DNA from: Bugula neritina | Lineage: Eukaryota; Animalia; Bryozoa | Direction: 5' to 3' | DNA: 64,000 nt | Assembly (NCBI GenBank): GCA_964035545.1 | Contig: OZ037766.1 | Span: forward strand, 32,726,773 to 32,790,772 | Shown here: piece after piece, positions 52,610 to 64,000 of the stretch | How the letters are laid out: each line of letters begins with the position of its first letter | How positions within the stretch are numbered: the first letter of the stretch is position 1 | Notes under the pieces: generated by a model | Database searches by the model: none | The model's input: the letters and a program-made list of their open reading frames with translations, nothing else | What the model was told of the DNA's origin: nothing | Program-made: the position numbers and the translations under genes

Positions 52610-52878
52610 GAAAAGGGGTGGAGAAGGGGGTGGAGAAGAGGGGAGAAGAGGTAGAGGAGAGGAGAGGAGGGGAGAAGAGGTGGAGAAAGGGGTGGAGCAG
52701 GGGTGGAGAAGAGGTGGAGAAAGGGGTGGAGAAGGGGTGGAGAAGAGGTGGAGAAGAGGGTAGAGAAAGGGGTAGAGAAGGGGGAGAAGAGGTGGAGAAG
52801 AGGTGGAGAAAGGGGTAGAGAAGAGGTGGAGAAAGGGGTGGAGAAGAGGTGGAGAAAGGGGTGGAGAAGGGGTGGAAA
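52610..52878. repeat. Purine-rich (GGTGGAGAAG-type) repeat in the MCEE 3' UTR
   Basis: Begins 3 nt beyond the MCEE stop codon. Confidence 0.9.
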
Positions 52879-52881
52879 GAG

Positions 52882-55014
52882 TCACACTTGCTCTAGTTCA
52901 GTCAGAACTCCATTGCAGTCCTTAGGGTGAAGGAATATAACAGGCTTGCCGTGAGCTCCAATTCTAGAGGTCTCGGTGAGAGTTCGAATTCCTTTGCTCT
53001 TCACATCCAAGATGGCAGCCTCGATGTCATTAACCTGTTGAACCAATCATCATCAAGAACACAGTGAGTATATTGTATTGCATGCACAAAATATCAACAA
53101 ATATTATACATTCACAGTTGCAGTAATAGAAAAGCAAAAAACATTTTCTCAGACAACTCCCATGTAAAGTAAAACACAAAATAAGCAGAAAATAAAAACA
53201 CAGCACGAAGTGAAAAACTGAGCCATGGTTATTTGTTACTAACAAAATTATTTTACAAGGAAAAATAAATAATTTGAGTAACTACCCATATTCTTAACAG
53301 GGGAGGCAATTCCACAACATACAACAACTTTTACAGCCCTTTCCCCTGCCCCTTGCACACCCTTTCTATGCCCCCTGTTCTCAACACACTACCTCTAGAC
53401 AGATATGGTGAAGACCACCAGACTTATTCTTGTCTAGAAATGATTGTATTGGACTCTTGTCTCCGTATGGTAACAGTAACTGTAATATAATATAATATTT
53501 TTATAGCAGTAACTGTAATATAATATAATATTTTTATAGCAGTAACTGTAATATAATATAATATTTTTATAACAGTAACTGTAATATAATATAATATTCT
53601 TATAGCAGTAACTGTAATATAATATAATATTCTTATAGCAGTAACAGTAATATAATATAATATTCTTATAGCAGTAACTGTAATATAATATAATATTCTT
53701 ATCACTGTAGTCACTAGAAGTAGGAGAGAAGAAACACTGACCTCTATCTTAGTATTGTCCAGCTCCACAAACACCGTATAGACACCATGCTCAGGGAGAG
53801 CCTGCAACACACAGCAAACAATTGTTTATTCTAAAGAAATGCAAACAATATCTACAATGTACAACATAGAGCCTGATAACTCCAAAGTATAGTGGTGTGT
53901 GCAACTAACATGTTTCCATGGGAACTAAATATTGCCACATTAAATTTGTAAATTTATGAACCTGAATATTAATATTAGTCACTTACACTAGATACATACA
54001 TGCTATACTTACACTAGATACACACATGCTATACTTATACTAGACACACACATGCTATACTTACACTAGACACATACACTAGACACATACATGCTATACT
54101 TACACTAGACACATACATGCTATACTTACACTAGACACATACATGCTATACTTACACTAGACACATACATGCTATACTTACACTAGACACTTACACTAGA
54201 CACATACACGTGTATAAAGACTTACCACGACATCGGACACCTTTGCACCAAGGATATCCCGGTAGAGGGCTGCGGCTTGCTTAATGTCTGGCACAGCTAA
54301 GGCCACATGGTTCAGTCTGCCGACCTTCCAAACTGGCGATGATGTAATCTACAGATAGATGCGCAAGAAGCAATCTGCAGCCAGGAATTGAAACATGTAA
54401 TCTCACCGCACATAGCTTAGTTTTAAGTAATGTAAATTGTGGAGTTTTCATTGAAAAGGGTGAATGTCAAAAGAAGAGCATTAAAGACTTTGAAATGATG
54501 TCACTCATAGCCTGAGAGTTGCAATTAGTTGTGGAAATGAGGCTATGGCTCAGTATAAAATTAAGAAATAACACATAAAATATTTATAGAAGTGGCTGCA
54601 TTGACTTTGTATGATGTATATACCTTTGAATCAGTTGTGTAGAGTTTGATCTGAAATTTCTGTGGAATGCACCTCAATTCCGGCCTTATCTAAAAGATAT
54701 GTAAAGCCAACAAAATTTTAAAACTGTCTTATCCAATTTCTAACAATATGGCGCAATAATTAAAATTATATTATTACCTTCATTTATTACCACCAAACCT
54801 ATTTAATTTGACTCAAACTAAGAACTTGATTGAATTATCAAAAGCAACAACTTATAGCAAAACATAACTGCTTCTAGTTTTGACAGATGATTTGTATAGC
54901 AATCATAGAACACTATAAAACTGTTCGACTAGACTATTAGTAGATTATGTCACTTACACTACAGAACCGACTGAGTGAGAGAAGTTTCGGTAGAGTAGAC
55001 TTTGGAATCAACAT
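52882..55014 (-). CDS. MCEE: Methylmalonyl-CoA epimerase, mitochondrial, 5 exons, ~159 aa
   Basis: Exons 55014-54958 (transit-peptide-like MLIPKSTLPKLLSLSRFCS), 54348-54226 (WKVGRLNHVALAVPD), 53801-53742 (LPEHGVYTVFVEL), 53479-53393 (SPI..FL.KNKSGGLHHICLE), 53034-52882 (IGAHGKPVIFLHPKDCNGVLTELEQ). Confidence 0.96.
53474..53702 (-). repeat. 33-bp x7 tandem repeat spanning a splice acceptor of MCEE
   Basis: Units at 53474, 53507, 53540, 53573, 53606, 53639 and 53672; six retain minus-strand TTACAG|TTACTG. Confidence 0.92.
53980..54208. repeat. 26-bp intronic minisatellite (cacatacatgctatacttacactaga)
   Basis: About 8 copies; on the MCEE strand each full unit contains GTAAGT. Confidence 0.88.
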
Positions 55015-57626
55015 TCTACTAGAGTTTAGACTCTGGTATCTGCTATAAATCACAGTAAAACAATAACATAACTTGACATGGCTAGATAAAATTTATTATA
55101 GTTTTTTGTTCAAGTTAATTTTAAAAAACAGTTACAGTGTCACCAGTACTACAGTATGAGTAGCGCAGAAGAATGTTTGAGTTATGATTATCAGTGGGTA
55201 GGATCAAATTTAATCTAATTCTAAGAAATCAACTAAAAAACTTCTCGGTAGTAGTACTACTACTAGTTTAACTACAGCATAACAGTATTATAAAATTAGA
55301 AATTTACTTTTAGATTATAAATATAATTAATATTATAATTACAATTATTCGATGACATTTTGATTCGATCAAAATTGGTGTTTTAATAAATCGATATTGC
55401 AAAAAAAATGCCTATTATTTTATTAGTGCATTTATATATATTGCATATAACACTTTAACAGTTCTTACTACTAAATACATAACAGTTTGCACCTTCACCT
55501 TGTGATTGTAACTAATTCATTCAATCACAATGTGAATGGTATCGTAGGTCGTAATAATGACAAATGTTTAACTATTGACCTCAACAACGTACGACCTTAG
55601 CCGCAGTCTAGTAAGAAGCTGGGAATACGAGTTTTAGGGTGGAACGACTTCAAACCCAATAAAGGAGTGGCGTAAGTATAGTACATTTCTGTAAACGTAG
55701 CTTCAGATTATGGCTTCGGATTTATCTTCTCAGAGGAGACAACTCTCAAAATGTCGAAGTACATAATATGTAACTGCAGTATACCCATTAGGTGTTGTAT
55801 TATAGCATTGTTGCCATACAAATGTTTTCGAGAAAAAGCTCCGAACAGCTAATTCATATATATTCATTTCACCCTCTCTGTACAGTTTAACTAATTAGGT
55901 AACATATGTTCTGCATGTGCAAAGTAAAACATATTTAGGGTATATGTATATAATCCTAGAATAGCCAAATAACACATTATTGTAGCATGTAAATAGTAAT
56001 ATATTATATAGTACCTTGTCAATTAAATGTTATTGTGGACAATGATCCACTGTTATGTATTAGAAAACAATAATATAATAATTATGGCATTTATCATAAA
56101 AACAATTACCGGTGTGTTTGCTGAATCAAGTGTAATTGAATGCCACGCTTAGTTTTCTCTAATAATCTCATAACTTTCATGGTTTATTACAGTATAAATC
56201 TGTTCAAGCATATGGACACTGAGCCAGTATTTCAAGGCTGAACAAAAATTAACTTAAACTTTTACAAATGTAATTTACATGTCACAGTTAACATTAATTA
56301 GTCTTAGCCCCAAACCTACTTCTTTTCTAGATAATTACTAGCTATAGCTTGTTGGAACTTTCGAGTGACTCTAGTATCCAACACTCTGTCACATGACCAC
56401 AGTCTAGACAAGGATAGGATACACATTGTATGGTGTTTCTTAGTTTATTGATAAAAAATTATTATGTAATAAATCTCCTGCAATGAACACTGCGCTATGT
56501 AAGCCAAGAAGAAGACTAATTAGTAAATTAATAGCTGTTTAACTCTGCATGTACAGTAGGTTGTCTTATTCATTCAACTTTGATCTCTACCCAATAGCAA
56601 CTTTTCCAAAATTATTAGACCGGTGTATTAAACTGACAAGAACAATTCAATTACTACAAATGTGGACAAGATGTAAACTCAGCAAGTAATCAACCATGGT
56701 GATGACTTTCAGATCAGGATTGCTTAACCATGTAATTATCAACAAGTTAGATCAACTGCATAAATGGCCCAGCATTCCACACACTACATGAGGCCAATGC
56801 AGCCATGTTAGTTAATAGTTGCTTTCTTTCACCAAGTTTAATTACAAAATAAGAAGTCAAGCAGTGAAATCCAGTTTCCCAGTTTTCTTTGTGAATATTA
56901 GTTAGTGGCCCAATTTGAAACTGGTGTACTTTCAACAATCTGTTCTTCATAACACAGGCTGTGCTGCTACTGCTGCTTAAACACAAGGAAATGGGACAGG
57001 GTGGAGTGTATCAGTTATATTTTTGAAAAGAATATAATAATTGATGAAGAAATAACATGTGTTGTGAGGAACAAGCACTACAAAAGTAAAGAACTAATGC
57101 AATACTCGATGTACTTGGACTAACTAGGTTAGATAAGCTGCAGTCCTTTAGTAAAGGGAATACTCTAGTGCCAAATTAAATGCACAAATTGAAATGTTAT
57201 GTCCCAACAGTAAAACATATATTATATTAAAATTGTTTGGAATTAGACAAAGTAAATTACAGAATGTTACACAAGACAGTGTGTAAGATGTTAGAATATA
57301 CTAGTAGATCAACAAAATCTCTTCAGCCACTGCAAACACTTGTTATAGTTATCAGTAGATGGACTTCACCCAAGGGCTAGATAAGGTCAAAGTTAACTAA
57401 GGATTGACATGAGTGATAAGGTGCTTGCAGTGGGCTGTTGTTAACCCCAGTATGATAGTACACAATCATGTGACAATCTATCACATCCTTTGCTTTAGAG
57501 TGAATTTGTTCACAAATATTTATTACAAGACGAATAACTGGTGAATCTGTATTATGAAGTAACTTATAAATCATGCAATTTGGCTATTTATAAACTAGGT
57601 CACGAGTAGATATAGGTCAAAGTGCA

Positions 57627-60590
57627 TTAGGAGTTCATAGCTTGGTATCCAGCCATGGTCCTTCTTCTGCCAATACAGTAGCCAATGAGTACAATAACAA
57701 CCATAGCAGCAAGGGCTGCCCCAACAGCAATAGGTACTATAGCATCAGTCTTAGTGCCGCTGTCACCGCCGCCATTGGAATCACAGCTCATACCTTCAAT
57801 ACAAATAAAAGGCATTAAGAGCTAAGATTATATTTTAAGTGAATAGATGAATGTAGACTGTTCATTGCCCGCAAGCAGCATTGTTAAGCTTCACTTCTAA
57901 CTAAACCTACATGTTGTACCAGTATAATAATGTCCCAATATTTAGCCTTCAGTATCTTATCCCACTGCATGTCTATGATCACTTGGCAACAAGCAATGTT
58001 AAGTATACAGGTAGCCAGGTACATGTATGTCCACCTTCATACCTGTAGATCCAAACGACGGCTTCCCCGATTTGTCATCCATGAAGGCCTGAACTTTGAA
58101 GTCGGTCATTTTAACCATCACGCCTGTTTCCAGGGTCAAGTTGAAGCCTTTAGAGCAGTTGTAGTAAGTACCTAGATTTGAGTACATCTTGGAGGTGTAG
58201 GTCTGGCTGGCTTCGTGACTGAAATCTGAAGTAGATAGAGACACGTGAGGTTGACAGCCAGTGCTTTGTCAAACACTAAAGTTAAGGAACCAGAAACTAG
58301 CCAAAGCGTGGAAATAAACAGAAAATATATAAGCTATATATAGAAACTACAGCTCCAAAATAAAAAAGACTGAGAGTGAGGGTATTAGGAGTTCCTCAAA
58401 CTAAGAGAGAGGGGGCTAATAGCCTGCATATTGGAACAGGTTAGAGGTTACTTTGGATAGCCCAGTCAAAGTGAGGGGATAGTAAAAGTCACATAGAAAC
58501 AGTACTCTAGTTTCCAGACTATTACCTTCTCCCATATAAGTCAGGTTGGCGGCGGTCAAGTTGAACATTGTTGACGAGTTGGTAAAGTGCAACTCCAAGG
58601 AACACGTCAAGTTGCCACACGGAAACTCGATGTTGATGGCCTCGGTCTTGCTGCCGCATTGTCCATCATAATTGGCATTTCTTGGGACGTAAGAGTCAAC
58701 GTGGGTGGTAGTCTGAAGAGTCACATGACATACAGTTTTGGGTAACATTATACAAAAATGTCTCAAAAACTCAGATCAATTCCTGTATATTCGAGAAATT
58801 TAGATTCATGTGTACTACACAGATACATGTACCATAAAAAAAATTCTTACTATAGGAGAGTAAAAGCACCTTACTGTGATCAGAGTAGTTGAAACCTACC
58901 TTGTTTATGGTGTAGTTGAAACCTACCTTGTTTATGGTGTAGTTGAAACCTACCTTGTTTATGGTGTAGTTGAAACCTACCTTGTTTATGGTGTAGTTGA
59001 AACCTACCTTGTTTATGGTGTAGTTGAAAGTGACGGAGATGTTAGCTTGTAGCAGAAGGCAAGTTACATTGGACTCGTGCTCATGCACTGCGTATATGGG
59101 CGTTTTATCTACATAAACATCAACACATGCAACATCAATAGGACAATCTACGACAGCTCTAAATATGCTGACTGTACACCCGATGACATCACAGCAGGTA
59201 CTTCTTTACACCTGCTGCCGCTGCTGTTACTAAATATCGCTTGTTTCAAGATTTACGCACTACAATTAGATGGTTACATTTATGAAGGAATAAATATTCC
59301 GACTAAATTATTGTGTTTACAAGAGCTACTTATTCAACTATATATTCTATGTCAACATGTCTTCAGTTATTCCATGAGCTTGGGCAAATGTGATGTTGCA
59401 AAGCTGGGAAGAAGTCCGTTTGAGTTTTGTCCTGCATAGCATTGTCCCTCTAAATATTTGTTGTTCAGTCAATACCTCCTCTGCAGTCTTTACATGTTAT
59501 AGCATACTCAACGGTTATAACCTTGTGGTTACTATATTTTGTTGGCTCTTTGTTTGTATTTATCCCATTTAGACTCAACTTAACTCAACCCAACTGATTT
59601 GTGTATTACAGCAGCTAAGAATAACACGTAAAAACTAACAAAATTATCAGCAAGAATGCTTTGATGCTGCGGCACCGAATCAGATACTATTAATTAAAAA
59701 CACTGCGACAGCTGCACCAGGATGAAATAAACTTATAAAACAGCATCTACTTTGTAGTGAAACTAATTATTTTTAGATTGTAATACCGCCATGAATATAA
59801 AACTCGGTTCTAAAAAGTAATTGGCTGGCCAAGCATACACAAGCCAAACCTTTTTTGTGACATAAATTCGTAAAACATTTGCTGAAATAAGACACTTTGA
59901 AGATATTACGGCAAGAATTCCAAATAACTGCATAAGACAACAATAAAAAATTATATCATTAAAAAATATATATCTTAATGATATGCGTACACCAAACTTA
60001 CTTTTTGGCTTCGGAGTGGTAGTAGGTGAGGAAGGTTTGGTAGTAGGTGAGGAAGGTTTGGTAGTAGGTGAGGAAGGTTTAGTAGTAGGTGAGGAAGGTT
60101 TGGTAGTAGGTGAGGAAGGTTTGGTAGTAGGTGAGGAAGGTTTAGTAGTAGGTGAGGAAGGTTTGGTAGTAGGTGAGGAAGGTTTAGTAGTAGGTGAGGA
60201 AGGTTTAGTAGTAGGTGAGGAAGGTTTGGTAGTAGGTGAGGAAGGTTTAGTAGTAGATGTAGGAGTGGTAGTTGGAGATGTAGGAGTGGTAGTTGGAGTT
60301 GTAGGAGTGGTAGTTGAAGTTTGGGTAGTGGTAGTTGAATTTTGGGTAGTGGTTATATTAACATTTCCGCCGTCTACTCCTTGACTGTAGACCATAGCTG
60401 TGCTCAAAGCTAAAACATATTTACTACAATGAATAATTTTTATTTAATCTAATTTCAAAGTTAAGAAATTGAGCACAGTTGATTGTTATATGACCGAATA
60501 TTAAGTAACTCCCAAATGTTTCACGTTAAGCCAAGTGTTGACTATAAACAACTTACCTAGGACTAATACTAAGGCCATACAGTTCTTCAT
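57627..60590 (-). CDS. LAMP1: LAMP-family lysosomal membrane glycoprotein with N-terminal mucin domain (CD68/LAMP architecture), ~359 aa
   Basis: Exons 60590-60557, 60409-60002 (mucin, TTKPSSP x11), 59108-59008 (NVTCLLLQANI), 58712-58526, 58225-58043 (YNC...KVQAF), 57793-57627 (IVPIAVGAALA TM, tail GRRRTMAGYQAMNS). The symbol is a family-level assignment. Confidence 0.88.
58885..59028 (-). repeat. 27-bp x5 in-frame repeat spanning a LAMP splice donor
   Basis: AAG|GTAGGT donors with exon ends at 59008, 58981, 58954, 58927 and 58900; encodes FNYTINK/VG. Confidence 0.93.
60025..60255 (-). repeat. 21-bp x11 coding VNTR (TTKPSSP mucin repeat)
   Basis: 231 bp = 11 x 21 within the mucin exon. Confidence 0.95.
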
Positions 60591-62418
60591 TATTGACTCG
60601 TGATCTGTGAATAAACATTATAAGACTTATAATAAACATCTGATTAAATACTGTACTGCCGAAATCTCGAATCATTACTTAAAACCTACTTATTTGAATT
60701 CACTTGAAAAAAACTACTGTTGATTTAGAAAATTAAAGCAACAACTTCACAAGTGATGCGCTTGTTATTTAATGTGTTCAAATGGAAATCTACTACCAAG
60801 TCTGAAAGTAACTCTAATTTATTTGCAGCCCCAGTCACAGTTACTGAACTTAACTAATAACACTTGAAGTTGTAAAATTAGGACTGAAGAGTAGATATAG
60901 TCTAGATCTTTACTATTATCATTAGGACTATGTTAAATAATAAATATCTATATTATGATTAAAGTAAAGTTCAACTACATAAATAGCATCAACTTTAAGC
61001 CTAATTTAAATTATAGGCCTGATTAGTAATTATATATACTAATATATGTTAATAGCAATATTAATACTTACTAAGTTAGTCTTATACTGATAGTAATACT
61101 CAATCTTATAGCTATACTTATACTTATGGTAATAGTTACAGTAAATTACAAAATGAGTAAATGTTTATTAGAATACTAGTGATAATCATAATGATACTCA
61201 TACTGACATGCTCATAGTGATACTCATACAAAGTCTTATAGTAATAGTAACAGCCAAAAGTACATCTACTACTAGTAAAGTACAGGCAGTAGAGTTCAAG
61301 TAGTAATAAAATACTACAAAACGGCATTTAACACTTGTGAATATTTTTTATTATGATTACATAATACAAACATTTAATTTTATAATCATTATCTAATAAA
61401 TATGATCATTATGTTTATTAAATACCGATTAATGGTATCAATATTGAATGATATTGATTATCACCATCAGTATCATATTATTATTATTTTATCAATCATA
61501 ATGATAGTTATAAACTGAAACTCATAGTCATAATGAAAATTATAATTCATAATAATATAATTATCAGTATCACTTTATGGTTATGATAATGATCATGATT
61601 ATCAACAAATAATATTAACATATTTAATATTTATTACCCCGATAAGTAATAAGTGAATGTGATAGTCATAGTGATACTCAATCCCATACATGATACATTG
61701 ACTTATAGTTATACTTATAAATTATAGTTATACTTATAGTTATAGTCATAGTAGAAGTGAGAATCTTAGTAACTCTCTTAGTCTAAGTGATACAGACACT
61801 GAGACTACCGATACTGACAGTGATACTGATAGTCACTATGGCTATGATATTGATATTCATACAGTATGACCCATAGCCATACTTATAGCGATAGCCAAGC
61901 TGATACTGATACTCAAAAGCCAAAGTCAATCCCATAGTCATACTGACACTATGAGTATGACTATGAGTCCAATAGTAATACTAATACTAATAGTAATAGT
62001 AATAATAACTAATAGTAATAGTAATATTCATAGTGATGGTGACTAAGTTCCATTTCTAGTGATACTCATACTGATGATCATGATGATGACCGTGATACCT
62101 TTTATAGTTTATAATTATCACATTTGATTTAGTTTTACTTTTACTTTTAGTTTTACAAAACTCGAAGTCTAAGTCAAAGTGAAAGTCCATCTCTGATCAG
62201 TGATCTCAATCATACTCAAGTGATAGTGAGTCAATATAAATCTAATCTTATAGTTATTAACCTCAGGTTTTGTAAAAGTTACAGTGGTAGCGTATTGAAG
62301 CTTCTCTACTGACTAATAGTAATAGTCAATAATCAATAACCTGTAAAGGCTAAATTAAAATTGAGAAGGACAAGTCGTCGTTGGTTCACTCCCTTGAGTT
62401 TGACACTGATGTTATGTA

Positions 62419-62427
62419 TCACATGAC
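62419..62427 (-). promoter_or_regulatory. M-box/CLEAR-like E-box (GTCATGTGA) in a probable divergent promoter
   Basis: MiT/TFE-type motif upstream of a lysosomal gene and about 80 nt before the next gene's ATG. A single motif could be chance. Confidence 0.35.
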
Positions 62428-62509
62428 CATTGCGCTAATCTATTATTGCGAAATGCTAGCTTATCAAGCGCCTGAAATAATTCGTTATATCTTATACAAA
62501 CTTTAAAAG

Positions 62510-63973
62510 ATGTCGTGTCCCTTAGTGCTATATGTGAAGGTAAGATAAGTCTGAGCTCATGAAAAATTTAGCAGTCCGGTGCTATCAGTGAATTAAAACT
62601 TGCTATAGTTTATAATTGGGTGTTGTAGTTTTAAACATCAATAATTCATGGGCGCTCTCACTGAGCTGGAATATGAATTATAACCCGAATATTAATCCGA
62701 TTCAGTGGGCGTTCAAACTTAGCAAAATAAGAAAAGTCTGAGGTTTTTCAAGGCCGTTTTTATAAACTTTTGGGGTGTCTCGAGTTGGGGACATAACCCC
62801 AAACGTCAAACTCTGAGCTAAAATCGTCCTTCACACCAACTTGGAGCTGCTGATAAACCCATTCAATAGCAACAGCTCGGCATAAAGCGTCCTATCACTT
62901 GGTGCAATTTGAGTTTACGGTCAATTTATTTTTCGAAATTCAAACCCCAAATCCCACTGCACTCAATGAGTGTGACTTCAACTTCAAGCTTTGTACTGCA
63001 TCAATTTAAAAGTTATCTTTATTGAAAGAGATATTCTATATAATTTTATATTTCAGTGGGTATGGCATTAACTTTAAGTTTTATCTTCAAGTTTAAAATT
63101 ATTATTATACCTAATTACTATTACTATTAGTAATTACTGAATTGGTAATTTTAATTTAAATTATAACTATAACATTAACTGTATAAGTATAAGTTATTTG
63201 ATTGGTAGTAATACTGTTACTCTTCGTGTTATGATTTAATTCAAATAACAATATTCACAGTTTTATGATTCTACATTAACATGTCATTATTATTAATATT
63301 AAGGTCATCATGATTATGGTGCATACTAACTTGATGCTCTTTTGGCTTTTCTTTTTGAACATTATCAGTCAGCTTTGTAAAATTGAATTACCAGCCCAAC
63401 ATGACCATGTATGTTTTTTACATTCACTGAAAATCGTGTTGTAAATTATGCAGAAAATGGTGTCCCCTGAGAGTAGTGTTGATGAAGAAAGGTATTTGGA
63501 GACATTTGATGAGTTATCTCAGTCACTCACTTATACTAGAAGCAAATCTGTTGATCCCAGTTTGAATTCATCTACTGTTGACAGCAGAAGTGGCTTGTGG
63601 GTATTTATCTTTCAATTTTTTCTAAACACTGTCCATATTGATAAACAATATATACATCTATTATTTGTTTGCAGATTAGACGTGAGTTGTAAATAAGAAT
63701 GATTTTATGTAGAACGCTACACGTCATTTACTTTTCGCATGCCCGAAAGCACGTTTTTAGGTTTAAGTTTGTATAATTTTATTTTAGTGATTTAAAAAAA
63801 GAAACAAGCAATTATTATTCAAAAGATGATTATTCAGAAGATTTTGCTAGTTGCACCCCTAGTAGCACTCCCACTTTAGAACTTAGTCTATCCCAGGAAT
63901 ATCTCACTGATTTCTGTTCAATAGACACAACTAAGGATTCCGTCAATGCAGGTGATGTGTCTTGCTGTCAGCA
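62510..63973 (+). CDS. 5' part of an unidentified gene (Ser/acidic low-complexity exons), runs off window
   Basis: ATG...AAG|GTAAGA at 62510-62539, an open exon from 63454 (KMVSPESSVDEERY...) and another open segment at about 63788-63973. Exon phases are not fully resolved. Confidence 0.4.
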
Positions 63974-64000
63974 GGTATCAACTCATAGTCACAGTGTCAC

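Noticed and set aside
52542-52930. Glu/Gly/Arg- and Pro/Ser-rich ORFs
   Set aside because: Translations of the purine-rich repeat in the MCEE 3' UTR.
55494-55536. 15-bp hairpin (one mismatch, 13-nt loop) upstream of MCEE
   Set aside because: Isolated, in AT-rich low-complexity DNA, with no TSD or family evidence.
59983-60384. Plus-strand GEEGLVV repeat ORF
   Set aside because: Antisense of the LAMP mucin exon.

Overview
AT-rich, intron-rich animal (invertebrate-like) genomic DNA; the taxon cannot be established from the sequence. Left to right: (1) two tandem minus-strand genes for secreted signal peptide-pentraxin-linker-pentraxin-PAN/Apple proteins (1166-8026 and 10532-25398), plus a degenerate orphan PAN exon at the window edge; (2) a complete, very recent BEL/Pao LTR retrotransposon (12190-20805, minus strand, two 743-bp LTRs with no differences seen by eye, CTAGA target-site duplication, intact 2122-aa ORF) inserted into a coding exon of the second pentraxin gene; (3) an AA15-type lytic polysaccharide monooxygenase gene (28794-31625, minus); (4) two paralogous plus-strand genes with six WAP-type domains that strictly alternate 6-Cys and 8-Cys forms (37081-42095, 43675-49444); (5) a small EMI-domain gene; (6) MCEE; (7) a mucin-LAMP (CD68/LAMP-type) gene; (8) the start of an unidentified gene. 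RTE LINE fragments, a tRNA-derived SINE and many satellites are interspersed. The best candidate for an undescribed system is in the retrotransposon. It has no TGG-type tRNA primer-binding site. Instead, splicing of a predicted 217-nt intron inside its LTR would create a junction perfectly complementary to the 12 nt following the 5' LTR, suggesting splicing-dependent self-priming. Its leader also carries an inverted, degenerate copy of U3 ending about 10 nt before the AUG. A second recurrent pattern is tandem repeats centred on splice sites, including an in-frame 27-nt donor repeat in LAMP that could vary the number of N-glycosylation sites. All gene models were built by hand from GT-AG sites and reading-frame phase and lack transcript support.
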